The notes: generated from the sequence alone by a model not told the origin. A stretch of 35,084 nt of DNA from Campylobacterota bacterium (GCA_034717975.1 JAYEMF010000067.1:1-35084), one strand, 5' to 3'. Positions 19,414 to 29,356 are shown, numbered from the stretch's first letter. Numbers and translations: made by a program.

Positions 19414-19763
19414 CGCAAGATTCCTGACTTGTAGACATAGATCAGCCCACCGACGAGCAGTCCGATAAAGACAAACATCTCCATCACGCCAAAGAGTCCC
19501 AACTCCCGCAGGTTCAGTGCCCAGGGAAACATAAAGAGCACCTCAACATCAAAGATCAGGAAAATAATACCGACAAGAAAGAACTTGACATTAAAGATAT
19601 CGGTAGGGTCTTTATGAGTAAGGCGGACACCCCCTTCATAAGGCTCGTTTTTTCGTACATTATCACTTTTTGCACCGAGATAGCGGGTAAGATGGAAAAG
19701 CAGGGGCAAAATGATAATAAGAGCTATAATCATGGCTGAGGCTAAAAGGAGGGAATCGGACAT
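19404..19763 (-). CDS. nuoA: NADH-quinone oxidoreductase subunit A
   Basis: PYEGG and FLIFDVE..FPWA motifs; 119 aa; first gene of the operon. Confidence 0.93.
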   Translation of the reverse strand: MSDSLLLASAMIIALIIILPLLFHLTRYLGAKSDNVRKNEPYEGGVRLTHKDPTDIFNVKFFLVGIIFLIFDVEVLFMFPWALNLRELGLFGVMEMFVFIGLLVGGLIYVYKSGILRWT

Positions 19764-19793
19764 TATCTTCGCTTCTCTGTTAATTTAAGTGAA

Positions 19794-19799
19794 ATTATA
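19794..19799 (-). promoter_or_regulatory. -10 element (TATAAT) of the nuo operon promoter
   Basis: TATAAT on the minus strand ~30 bp upstream of nuoA. Confidence 0.5.
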
Positions 19800-19843
19800 T
19801 CCAGACAGAGGTTATATTTGTGTTACAAAACGCATAAAAAAGA

Positions 19844-20659
19844 TCAATACCCGGCTTTAAGCTGCTCAATTCGCGCCCCGTAATGTGCGGCATCCTCAAA
19901 ACGCTTATATTTGAGCGCTCCGGCGTGCAGCTGTTCATATTTGCCGATCAGAACCTGACGAACAATGCTATCATCGTCACCATCGAGGTGTTTTTCAAGG
20001 GCGCGTGCCCGAAACCGATCCATTCCCCAGTGCTTCAGGGAGAGCTGATCGTCATGGCCGCCATATTTGTCGATCAGTTTCTCACTGATCAAGCCAACCT
20101 CATATTTCGCTAAAACCCGTAGCCAGAGATCATAATCTTCACACACTTCCAATGCTTCATCAAACAGACCGACCCTCTCTAACAAAGAGCGATGCACTAC
20201 TACTGATGATGGTGCGATATTGCAATACTCAAGTGAGTTCATAAAAGTGGTTTTAGCGGGTTTGCAATACTTTTTAGGAAGGGACACTTCTGCACCGTTA
20301 CGGATCCACCGTTCATCCGTGTAAGAAATCTTTAAATCGGGCTCTTTTTTATGGAGTGTCATCTGTCTGGCCAGCTTGTCAGGATGCCAGCTGTCATCAG
20401 AGTCCAAAAAAGCGATCCAATCGGATGAGGCCATCATAATGCCATTGTTTCTGGCGGAGGAGACACCCATGTTTTTCTGGCGGAGCAGCAGTACTTCTGG
20501 GTACATCTTTGCCACTTCGGACGTGGCATCCGTTGAACCATCGTCGACGACAATGATCTCTTCGGCCTTGCGAGTCTGATTCAGGACCGATTCTATCGCA
20601 CGGGCCAGCGTATTAACGCGGTTGTAGGCGGGGATGATGACCGAAACGGTAATTACCAA
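19844..20659 (-). CDS. Family 2 glycosyltransferase
   Basis: SVIIPAYN, VVDDGSTD, ARNNG, FLDSDD and EDYDLWLR motifs; TTG start overlaps the mqnE stop. Confidence 0.9.
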   Translation of the reverse strand: MVITVSVIIPAYNRVNTLARAIESVLNQTRKAEEIIVVDDGSTDATSEVAKMYPEVLLLRQKNMGVSSARNNGIMMASSDWIAFLDSDDSWHPDKLARQMTLHKKEPDLKISYTDERWIRNGAEVSLPKKYCKPAKTTFMNSLEYCNIAPSSVVVHRSLLERVGLFDEALEVCEDYDLWLRVLAKYEVGLISEKLIDKYGGHDDQLSLKHWGMDRFRARALEKHLDGDDDSIVRQVLIGKYEQLHAGALKYKRFEDAAHYGARIEQLKAGY

Positions 20660-21714
20660 ACCTTCAATTCATTGTAGAGACTGTCACGTTCAACGGGAAT
20701 AAACCCGCTGTTTTTAATGAGGTTTACAAACTCTTCCAGGTCGACACCTTGCGCACTTTTGGCACCGGCAGCAGAGTTAATAGACTCTTTCTCAATCGTT
20801 CCATCCAGGTCATTCGCACCAAATTCCTGGGCAACAAGCGCCAGGTTAACCGTTGACGTCACCCAGTACGCTTTGAGGTTTGGAACATTATCCAGAACAA
20901 TACGGCTGATAGCCATTGTTTTGAGAATCTCATGCGCGGTGATGAACTCTTTGACGTTGAGATAATTATTTTCACTTTGATAAACCAGCGGAATAAAACA
21001 GTTGAATCCTCCGGTTTTATCCTGAAGATCACGGATACGCATCATATGATCAATACGGTCTTTACGCTTCTCGACATGTCCAAAGAGCATCGTCACATTT
21101 GACTTGCGTCCGCGTTCATGCCATTTTTGGTGAATCTCAAGCCATTGGTCCGAGGTCACTTTTCCCTTGCAGATATAATCACGCACCTCTTCGTCAAAGA
21201 TCTCGGCACCCCCGCCCGGCAGTGAATCGACGCCATTTTCAATCATAATATCGATGATCTCATCATAACTTTTATGGTACTCTTCACTGAGAAAATGGAT
21301 CTCTGCGGCAGTCAGGGCTTTAATATGAAGCTGTGGATATTTGGCTTTGATCTTTGAAAATACGGTGGTGTACCAGTCCAGTCCGGTGTCAGGGTTATGG
21401 GCCGATACGATATGGACCTCTTTAATGCCGCGCGAAGCGATATCGTCAACGATATCCATAATCTCTTCATGTTTAAGGGTGTAGGGTTTAGGATTTTTCC
21501 GGCTGGCAGAATAGGCACAGAATTTACAGATATCTTTACAGATATTGGTCGGATTGATATGACGGTTGATATTAAAATAGGTCTTCTTATCATGCAGAGC
21601 CCGGCGTTTGATATCCGCCAGTTCACCCAGTTCAAAAAGGTCCATCTCATACAGTGACAGTGCCTCATCAAAATTGATCCGCTCGCCGGCTTTGATCTTT
21701 GCTGTTACGTCCAT
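20653..21714 (-). CDS. mqnE: Aminofutalosine synthase (radical SAM, futalosine menaquinone pathway)
   Basis: NRHINPTNICKDICKFCAY (CxxxCxxC), PGGGAEIF, TMLFGH, KAYW and GANDLDGT motifs. ATG at 21714 is better spaced from the AAGGG RBS than 21720. Confidence 0.85.
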   Translation of the reverse strand: MDVTAKIKAGERINFDEALSLYEMDLFELGELADIKRRALHDKKTYFNINRHINPTNICKDICKFCAYSASRKNPKPYTLKHEEIMDIVDDIASRGIKEVHIVSAHNPDTGLDWYTTVFSKIKAKYPQLHIKALTAAEIHFLSEEYHKSYDEIIDIMIENGVDSLPGGGAEIFDEEVRDYICKGKVTSDQWLEIHQKWHERGRKSNVTMLFGHVEKRKDRIDHMMRIRDLQDKTGGFNCFIPLVYQSENNYLNVKEFITAHEILKTMAISRIVLDNVPNLKAYWVTSTVNLALVAQEFGANDLDGTIEKESINSAAGAKSAQGVDLEEFVNLIKNSGFIPVERDSLYNELKVW

Positions 21715-21738
21715 AACCATCCCTTAATTAATCCGCGC

Positions 21739-21747
21739 ATTATAGCA
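21739..21747 (-). promoter_or_regulatory. Extended -10 element (TGcTATAAT) for mqnE
   Basis: Perfect TGnTATAAT on the minus strand in the mqnE/glnD divergent spacer. Confidence 0.55.
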
Positions 21748-21790
21748 AAAAGGATAAACTGGACCTTTAAATACACCTTTCAGGCATTTT

Positions 21791-24298
21791 ATGAATCTAA
21801 CTACTCAGATTGAAGACCTTATCGAACATAACGCTTCCGATTTTGAGATCTCAAAACTCTTTAAAAACTATCTCATCGAATACAAAAAATCTCTGCCCAA
21901 ACTCTTTGAATCATCGCAGGGAAAAGACTTTTTAGTCACACATACAAAAACGATTGACACGATCCTCACCCAAATGTACAAAGTAGTGCTTCGACGCACC
22001 TTTGGCAACTATCTGCCCATGCGTGGTTCCATCCCTATTGCTTTGATCGCCTTAGGCAGTTACGGGCGCGAACAGCTCTCCATTCACAGTGATATTGATC
22101 TGATGATCGTCTATGAACCCTGTGAAGGCTACAATACCAATACTATTATCGAAAAACTTCTCTACCTGATCTGGGATACAGGGATGAAGCTTGGCCATCG
22201 GGTCCACGAAGTCGAAGACATCTACAGGGCTTCCCAGGAAGATATCACCATCCGTACCGCCTTTATAGAGAGCCGTCTTATCTATGGATCCCCCTTTGCC
22301 TGGCATGCCTCGCAGCGTCAGTTTAACAAGATCCGCCATGATGATCCCAAAGGGTTTATCCTTGCCAAAATCGAAGAGGCGCATACGAGGCGCAAAAAGC
22401 ACCCCTGGTCGATGCAGCCCAATATCAAAGAGAATGTCGGTGGTCTAAGGGATTCGCACCTCCTGTTCTGGATCGCAACGACGATCTACGGCAATAGCAA
22501 TCTCAAAGACCTCAGCGGCAGACTCTTCAGCGATGAAGCTTATCGCGACTACCGTATAGCCCTTGAGCTGCTTTTTCGTGTCCGTAATGCCCTCCATCTC
22601 ATCACTGACAGACAGGAGGATCAGCTCCTCTTCGAACTTATGCCTGCTGTTGCCAAGATGCTCGGCTTTCCATCAGAACGAAAGATGGTGGCAAAAATAC
22701 TCGAAGCACAATGGCGGATCAACAGTTTTGCCCAGATCTTCATCAAGAAAATAGTGCGCCGCTACTTCAGTGAACCGGGCATGATCGCTTCTTATCGTCA
22801 GGCACGCATCGCCCCCGGTATCTATGCCATTGATGGACGGCTCTATGCCACTTACAGCCATAAACCAAAACCCATCAACACGCTGCTCGAACTGCTGATC
22901 GGCATGGAAGATATCAAATGGCGGTTTGATCCGAGCTTTCTCTCTCAGTTCACCTATGCATCCATCAAACACCCCCTGCCGGTAAAAACCTATACACTGA
23001 TGCGAAAACTGTTTGAGCGAAAACAGCTCTATCCCTATTTGAGCCTCTTCTATGATGCAGGTATTTTGCACCACCTTATCCCGGCATTTAAAAAAGTGCT
23101 TCACCTTCCCCAGTTTGACGGTTACCACCACTATCCGGTTGATCTGCACTCGATCAAATGTATCAAAGCCCTGGAATCGATAGATGAACCGTTTGTCAGA
23201 GAGCTCTATGAAAATCTTCTTCCTAAAGATAAACTGCTGCTAAAAGTAGCCGTCCTGCTTCACGATACTGGGAAGGGGCGCAAACAGGACCATAGCGAGG
23301 TTGGTCTCAAACTTATTATCGCCTATGCCAAGCGATTAAAATGGCCTGCCGAGATGCAAGAGCGTGCCGGACTCCTGGTCAGACACCATATCCTTATGAG
23401 CGATGTTGCCCAGCGTGAAGACATTCATAATGAGAAGACGCTTTACAAGTTTATGTCCAATATCAAAACAAAAGAGAACCTCACTCTTCTCTATATTCTG
23501 ACCTATGCAGACATCAATGGAGTGGGGCCTGGAACATATAACAGCTTTACCTCCAGACTGCTGCGTGAACTTTATGATGCCTCTATGGCAATTGTCGATC
23601 AGAGCGACCGCATTACCGATGCCACAAAACGCCTTAAAGTTGAACGGCGTATCAAAAAACTGGAAGAGTTCAGCACCTTGCCGCGTATCCTGAAAAAGCG
23701 TATTTTAGGTGTGGAATCCAACCTCTTCTACTTCAAACATACGCCTGAAGAGATTCTCTCCATCGCCAAATACGCCAAAGAGGTGAAAGAGTATGATTTT
23801 CGCCTCAGTACCGAAAGTGGCCTCACTATCGAGATTTTTCGCCGCATACCGTTAAACCTTGGCTATCTGCTTGGTAAACTAAGCTATCTTGATGTTGCCT
23901 CGATGGAGATATTTACGCTCTTTGACGAGATCAAGTACTTTAAGATAGATTTCTATCATCTTCCTGATCACGATTCACTCGAGCATATTGAGACCATCGT
24001 CGATGAGGCGTTTGATATGGAACAGCAGATCACCTTGAACAAGCCGGATATCAGACCCGAGGAGATCACCATAGATTGTGAACACTCCAAAACCTACGCA
24101 GCGCTCAATATCTATACGGCTAATCAGCGCGGACTGCTGGCCTATATTGCCAAAAGGCTGGATGAACATGATATTAACATCGCCACCGCTAAAATTCACT
24201 CGACCAAGACGCGTGCACGTGATCACTTCTTAATCGAAAAGAGTGCCAAACTATGTGATAATACGCAAAATATTATTGTGCTACTGACAGAGGATTAA
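21791..24298 (+). CDS. glnD: [Protein-PII] uridylyltransferase / GlnD-like nucleotidyltransferase with HD and ACT domains
   Basis: ALGSYGR..SDIDL nucleotidyltransferase motif, PNIKENVGGLRD, QFDGYHHYPVDLH, LLHDTGKG HD motif, C-terminal ACT-like region. Confidence 0.8.
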   Translation: MNLTTQIEDLIEHNASDFEISKLFKNYLIEYKKSLPKLFESSQGKDFLVTHTKTIDTILTQMYKVVLRRTFGNYLPMRGSIPIALIALGSYGREQLSIHSDIDLMIVYEPCEGYNTNTIIEKLLYLIWDTGMKLGHRVHEVEDIYRASQEDITIRTAFIESRLIYGSPFAWHASQRQFNKIRHDDPKGFILAKIEEAHTRRKKHPWSMQPNIKENVGGLRDSHLLFWIATTIYGNSNLKDLSGRLFSDEAYRDYRIALELLFRVRNALHLITDRQEDQLLFELMPAVAKMLGFPSERKMVAKILEAQWRINSFAQIFIKKIVRRYFSEPGMIASYRQARIAPGIYAIDGRLYATYSHKPKPINTLLELLIGMEDIKWRFDPSFLSQFTYASIKHPLPVKTYTLMRKLFERKQLYPYLSLFYDAGILHHLIPAFKKVLHLPQFDGYHHYPVDLHSIKCIKALESIDEPFVRELYENLLPKDKLLLKVAVLLHDTGKGRKQDHSEVGLKLIIAYAKRLKWPAEMQERAGLLVRHHILMSDVAQREDIHNEKTLYKFMSNIKTKENLTLLYILTYADINGVGPGTYNSFTSRLLRELYDASMAIVDQSDRITDATKRLKVERRIKKLEEFSTLPRILKKRILGVESNLFYFKHTPEEILSIAKYAKEVKEYDFRLSTESGLTIEIFRRIPLNLGYLLGKLSYLDVASMEIFTLFDEIKYFKIDFYHLPDHDSLEHIETIVDEAFDMEQQITLNKPDIRPEEITIDCEHSKTYAALNIYTANQRGLLAYIAKRLDEHDINIATAKIHSTKTRARDHFLIEKSAKLCDNTQNIIVLLTED

Positions 24299-24304
24299 AA
24301 ATAG

Positions 24305-26119
24305 ATGTGTGGAATTGTTGGATATATCGGCCAGAACGGCATTAAAGAAGTACTTCTCGATGGTTTGAAGGAGCTTGAATACCGCGGCTATGATTCGGCG
24401 GGAATCGCTGTATTGCAAGAGAAAAATTTTACCGTTTTTAAAGCAGTTGGAAAGCTGAAAAACCTACAGGAGAAAGCCTCCTCCTTTCAGCCAGATGGAT
24501 TTGGTATCGGTATCGGTCATACCCGCTGGGCAACCCATGGCAAACCTACAGAGCTCAATGCCCACCCGCACCTGGGCGAATCCTCTTATGTAGTCCACAA
24601 CGGTATCATCGAAAACTATCAGGAACTCAAAGCCGATCTCCTTAACAAGGGTGCTAAATTTCTAAGCCAGACCGATACGGAAGTAATTGTCCACCTTTTT
24701 GAACAGAACCTCAAGCATGCTGAAAATGCTTTCGACGCTTTCAAAGACATGCTGGAGCAGCTTGATGGAGCTTATGCGGTTTTGCTGGTGACCAAATCCG
24801 AGCCGGATACGATCTTTTTTGCCAAGAATGGTTCTCCAATGATCATCGGGGTGAATGCCGATGAGGAAAAATATTTTGCCTCTTCCGATACACCGCTTAT
24901 CGGCCATGCCAAAGAGGTGATCTATCTCCATGACGGTGCATATGGCTATGTCACACCTCAGGAGATCGCTCTATTTGATTCAACACATCAAGCTGCAGCT
25001 TTACAATTTGCAGCACTTCCGGAGTCCAAACTCTCTGCCCAAAAAGAGGGCTACCGTTTCTTTATGGAAAAAGAGATTTACGAACAGTCTGAAGTGATAG
25101 CCGACACCATGCTGGGGCGGCTCAAAGATGAGGAGATCGCTTTTGAGGAGCTTGATCTTTCACTCTTCGATGGTATCAATGAAGTGAAACTCGTTGCCTG
25201 TGGAACCAGCTATCACTCCGCCCTGGCTGCAAGCTACCTCTTTGAGCGTTTTTCAAAGATCCGAAGTTCTGTCGAGATTGCCAGTGAACTGCGATATAAA
25301 GAGCCGCTGCTCACACTAGACACACTTTTCGTCGTGATCAGCCAGAGCGGTGAGACAGCCGATACCCTTGAAACTCTGAAAATGGCCAAAACTGCCGGTC
25401 TCAAAACACTGGTCATCTGTAATGTTGACAACTCCTCTATGGTACGTCTCGCTGATGCGACGATCCTTACCCGTGCCGGTATCGAAAAGGGGGTTGCTTC
25501 GACAAAGGCCTTTGCTACCCAGATGGCCGTATTCTGGATGCTCTCACTCTACCTGGCAAAACTGCGCAATACACTCACATCCGAAGCACTCAAAAAGCAG
25601 ATCGGCTACCTGCGGGAAGTTCCTGCCAGTGTGACAGTCAGCGATGAGCTGCATGAACGCCTCCGCCGCCTCTCCAAACGCTACCTTCACGGTCATGGTT
25701 TCTTCTTTATCGGTCGGGACGTTTTCTTCCCGCTTGCACTTGAAGGTGCCCTTAAACTCAAAGAGATCAGCTACCTGCATGCAGAGGGTTACCCATCGGG
25801 TGAGATGAAACATGGCCCGATCGCCCTGGCCGATCCTGAACTCTTTACTATCGCTCTCATGCCACAGCATATGCTCTATGAGAAGACAAAAAGTAATGTC
25901 GAAGAGCTGAGTGCCCGCGACTCCACCATCTGTGCTATCAGCAACAAACTTTTTGATAAAGCCGATGATTTTATCCCGGTGGCTGATCGCGACCACTATA
26001 TGCTGGAATTTTTTGAGATGATGGTAGTTTTACAACTGCTCTCTATGGAAATTGCCATCCGTCTTGGCAATGATGTCGATATGCCAAGAAATCTCGCCAA
26101 AAGTGTTACCGTAGAGTAA
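24305..26119 (+). CDS. glmS: Glutamine--fructose-6-phosphate transaminase (isomerizing)
   Basis: MCGIVG, LEYRGYDSAG, GHTRWATHG, SQSGETADT, LKLKEISY and PRNLAKSVTVE motifs. Confidence 0.97.
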   Translation: MCGIVGYIGQNGIKEVLLDGLKELEYRGYDSAGIAVLQEKNFTVFKAVGKLKNLQEKASSFQPDGFGIGIGHTRWATHGKPTELNAHPHLGESSYVVHNGIIENYQELKADLLNKGAKFLSQTDTEVIVHLFEQNLKHAENAFDAFKDMLEQLDGAYAVLLVTKSEPDTIFFAKNGSPMIIGVNADEEKYFASSDTPLIGHAKEVIYLHDGAYGYVTPQEIALFDSTHQAAALQFAALPESKLSAQKEGYRFFMEKEIYEQSEVIADTMLGRLKDEEIAFEELDLSLFDGINEVKLVACGTSYHSALAASYLFERFSKIRSSVEIASELRYKEPLLTLDTLFVVISQSGETADTLETLKMAKTAGLKTLVICNVDNSSMVRLADATILTRAGIEKGVASTKAFATQMAVFWMLSLYLAKLRNTLTSEALKKQIGYLREVPASVTVSDELHERLRRLSKRYLHGHGFFFIGRDVFFPLALEGALKLKEISYLHAEGYPSGEMKHGPIALADPELFTIALMPQHMLYEKTKSNVEELSARDSTICAISNKLFDKADDFIPVADRDHYMLEFFEMMVVLQLLSMEIAIRLGNDVDMPRNLAKSVTVE

Positions 26120-26179
26120 TAACAGCTTCAGAGAATAGAGCTAAAGCGTGACTCTCTTTTCTGGTATGGAAGATAGACC

Positions 26180-28015
26180 CTAATACTCCTCTTCTAACTC
26201 ACCCTCTTTTAACATTGATCTGTCAAAGAGTACCACTCTGTTTCTTCCGGTGCTTTTTGCTTCATAGAGTGCTACATCGGCATACTTGATGCATTGCCAG
26301 AAGTTCTCACTCTGGTCCGGGAAGACTACGGCACCAATACTGATTGTTTTAGTGATAACTGTATTGCCGGCACGTATCTTTTTCTTGGCAAACGCTTCTC
26401 TGATTTTTTCAGCGACCGCATTGATATAGTCACTGTCACAGTTATAAAGAAGCACAATAAACTCTTCACCGCCAAAACGGACAACCATGTCAGATTCACG
26501 CACATTTTCTTGCAATGTCTGTGCAATAATCTTGATCGCCTCATCTCCAACATCATGTCCGTAAGTATCATTGACCATTTTAAAATAATCAATATCGGCC
26601 ATCAGAACACCGTAAGAGATATGGGTACGTTTTGACTGTTCAACGATCATGGCAATACTCTCTTCAAGGTACTGACGATTATAGAGCCCCGTTAATGCAT
26701 CCGTACGAGCCGATTTTTCCAGTATCAGTGTCAACTTCTTACTAACGATCTCAGGCTTGGCCGCATCAACATAATCCTTAATGGAGGGAAGCATGTTCCT
26801 GACTTTTTGTGCCTCTTCCTTGCTCCGAGTAATAATAGATAGAATAAAATCCATATCATTAGAAACGGCATACGGTACACAGATATACTGCACCTCTTTA
26901 TTATTCATTTTACTGCAAAGATCACTGAACTGGCACGAATCAACCACGGTATTGGTTCTATCTGCCCGACAACCACTTGTAAGATCACAAAAAATCTCTT
27001 TTTCACTATGCACTACTTCAGTGCTGTTATTGGTAGTATCTGCTTCGATAAAATTAAAATCATTCAGACCAAACTTCTCTCGCAGGACCAGAGCAAAACG
27101 ACTATAAACCTCATCAATACGTTCATCATGTTCGATCGCTTTGCGAAAACGATAGATGTCTGAAAGCCTTGAAACTGTATTTTTTACCTCTTTTAAGGGG
27201 TCTTTCTCATGGACTTTCTGCTCAGAGAGAAACACATGAATTTTCTGTTCAATCACATTCATAGTACTCTGGAGTTTTTCCAACAATGTATTGATCGAAC
27301 CTGCTACCTCTTGTGCATCCTCATTTTCCATTGTTACTACACGTTGTGAATAGTCACCTTCATCTGCCCGGCGCATTACCTGCCGGATCGATTCAAAGAT
27401 CAGCATATAGGGGCCAATCAGACGATTGAAAAAGATCTGTATGAACACTATCATTCCCAAGGCTATCAAAGCCGTATAGCCAACCGTCGACAGACCTTGC
27501 AGCTTCAGATCATTCATGTCCATCTCTATCGAGATTGCCCCGAGCGTATCTCCGACTTTCGCATCATGACACTGTAAGCAGTTGATAGGACCATTTTGCT
27601 CTGCTTTATAGGGCATTGTTACACGGTAGGTTGTACTCCCCAACAGATTATCTTGATAATCAATTGCCATTTTCCCACTACTGAGTACACTTCTATCTAT
27701 CGCGTCACGTACAAATTCATTCTCCATACCATCACCGTACTGGGTAACAACATTTGGACTCCGAACGATCCAGACACGTTTCATCTGCTCAAGTTTTTCT
27801 ACCTGTGAAATAAACTGACTTCGATTTGCCATAGTTCCATTGAGCATATGTGATGTCAAACCGATCTTGACAACATTGGCAACCGCTTCAGCACGTTCAT
27901 GAGCACCACGAACACCTGTATCTTTAATATCATAAGCGATAATAGCGATCATCAAGGTAAAGACAAAAGTCATAATGATCAATAAGGTAACTGAAACCTT
28001 GTTTTTACTTTTCAT
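26180..28015 (-). CDS. Membrane-anchored diguanylate cyclase (periplasmic CxxCH domain, HAMP, Cys-rich GAF-like domain, GGDEF)
   Basis: Two hydrophobic segments flank a CLQCH-containing region; DALTGLYNR, DIDYFK.VNDTYGH..GD, RESD I-site and RFGGEEF active site. Confidence 0.88.
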   Translation of the reverse strand: MKSKNKVSVTLLIIMTFVFTLMIAIIAYDIKDTGVRGAHERAEAVANVVKIGLTSHMLNGTMANRSQFISQVEKLEQMKRVWIVRSPNVVTQYGDGMENEFVRDAIDRSVLSSGKMAIDYQDNLLGSTTYRVTMPYKAEQNGPINCLQCHDAKVGDTLGAISIEMDMNDLKLQGLSTVGYTALIALGMIVFIQIFFNRLIGPYMLIFESIRQVMRRADEGDYSQRVVTMENEDAQEVAGSINTLLEKLQSTMNVIEQKIHVFLSEQKVHEKDPLKEVKNTVSRLSDIYRFRKAIEHDERIDEVYSRFALVLREKFGLNDFNFIEADTTNNSTEVVHSEKEIFCDLTSGCRADRTNTVVDSCQFSDLCSKMNNKEVQYICVPYAVSNDMDFILSIITRSKEEAQKVRNMLPSIKDYVDAAKPEIVSKKLTLILEKSARTDALTGLYNRQYLEESIAMIVEQSKRTHISYGVLMADIDYFKMVNDTYGHDVGDEAIKIIAQTLQENVRESDMVVRFGGEEFIVLLYNCDSDYINAVAEKIREAFAKKKIRAGNTVITKTISIGAVVFPDQSENFWQCIKYADVALYEAKSTGRNRVVLFDRSMLKEGELEEEY

Positions 28016-28123
28016 AAAAATTCCAAATATTTGTATTTTAATTATGAAAGATTCTATTGCATCAAAGATAAAAGAAGAGTTAAAAGGCCCTGAAGTCAGG
28101 GATTTGAAGTGTTGAGTAGGAAA

Positions 28124-28163
28124 AAATAGAAGTCCCAGTAACTGCGATAGGCAGTTATTGGGA
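28124..28163 (-). terminator. Intrinsic terminator downstream of mrp
   Basis: 13-bp stem with one mismatch (28133-28145 / 28151-28163), 5-nt loop, followed on the minus strand by CTTCTATTTTTT. Confidence 0.6.
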
Positions 28164-28170
28164 AAATTGG

Positions 28171-29325
28171 TTAGCTACAGCCGCAGCCACCGCCACTTGA
28201 TTGCTGCTGTTGAGCAGCTCCTGTTGAACAGGCTGATACTCCCGGAGCTGTTGTAGGCTGGACTGATTCATTGTCGACACCACCATTGGCATTGATTTCA
28301 TCGATCTGAGCCCATACATCTTCTGCCGCTGCCATAAAACGTTTAGCTGTTTCAGATTCCGGTGCTGCGTAGACAATAGGTTTTCCTTCGTCACCGCCCG
28401 TACGAACTGCCGGTTCGATTGGGATCTCGGCAAGGATCTTGCTGTCAAACTCTTCGGCAAGCGGTTGAGTTGTCCCTTTACCGAAGATATCGTACTCTAC
28501 ACCCGTATCTGGTGCGATAAAACCGCTCATATTTTCAACAACACCACCGATCGGAATGTTCAGTTTTTTGAACATATCCAGAGAGCGGCGGGAATCATCC
28601 AGTGAGACCATCTGAGGTGTTGTAACTGTAACACCAAGCGTCACCGGTACACTCTGTGCCAGTGTCAGCTGTGCATCACCGGTTCCAGGAGGCATATCGA
28701 TCACTAAACAGTCAAGCTCTGACCAGAGAATATCGCGCAGGAACTGCTCGATCGCTTTCATGATCATTGCACCGCGCCAGATCAGAGACTGACCATCTTC
28801 CATCAATGACCCCATGGACATCATCTCAACGCCATAAGCTTTAAGTGGAAGGACTTTGTTGCCTTCGATATCAGGTTTGACCGTTTCAAGACCCAGCATA
28901 CGAGGGATATTCGGTCCATAAATATCGGCATCCAGCAGACCCACTTTTTTACCCTGCATTGCCATTGCAATGGCAAGGTTCACCGATGTTGTTGATTTTC
29001 CGACCCCGCCTTTACCCGAACTGACCATGATGAAGTTCTTCACCTGTGGTGCGATGTTCTTACCTTTTGAAGAGCTCTCTCTAGGCATTTTTGGTGACTG
29101 AATATTGATCTTTGCTGTTGAAGCACCTGCTTTTTGCAGTGCTTCAGTCGCCTCATCTGTGATCTGCTGCGCCACTTCCGGAGCACTTGATGTGATCTCT
29201 ACAGTCACACTGACATCCGATCCAATGATCTCTATATTTTTTACAAAACCAAAAGTAACGATGTCTTTGCTAAACCCTGGATAAGCAACACTGCTTAACG
29301 CTGATTTGACGATCTCTTCTGTCAT
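28171..29325 (-). CDS. mrp: Mrp/ApbC/NBP35-family P-loop ATPase (Fe-S cluster carrier) with N-terminal DUF59-like domain
   Basis: SGKGGVGKST, DADIYGP, IDMPPGTGD and ENMS motifs. ATG at 29325 follows an AAGGAAG RBS; the ORF-track extension to 29370 runs into the MITE. Confidence 0.9.
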   Translation of the reverse strand: MTEEIVKSALSSVAYPGFSKDIVTFGFVKNIEIIGSDVSVTVEITSSAPEVAQQITDEATEALQKAGASTAKINIQSPKMPRESSSKGKNIAPQVKNFIMVSSGKGGVGKSTTSVNLAIAMAMQGKKVGLLDADIYGPNIPRMLGLETVKPDIEGNKVLPLKAYGVEMMSMGSLMEDGQSLIWRGAMIMKAIEQFLRDILWSELDCLVIDMPPGTGDAQLTLAQSVPVTLGVTVTTPQMVSLDDSRRSLDMFKKLNIPIGGVVENMSGFIAPDTGVEYDIFGKGTTQPLAEEFDSKILAEIPIEPAVRTGGDEGKPIVYAAPESETAKRFMAAAEDVWAQIDEINANGGVDNESVQPTTAPGVSACSTGAAQQQQSSGGGCGCS

Positions 29326-29356
29326 TTTCTTCCTTATGAATCTATATTTAAAGTAT

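Noticed and set aside
26084..26179. Tn7-like element at the glmS attachment site
   Set aside because: The conserved glmS 3' end is present, but only 60 bp separate it from the convergent GGDEF gene. No transposon ends or tns genes are seen, so the site looks empty.
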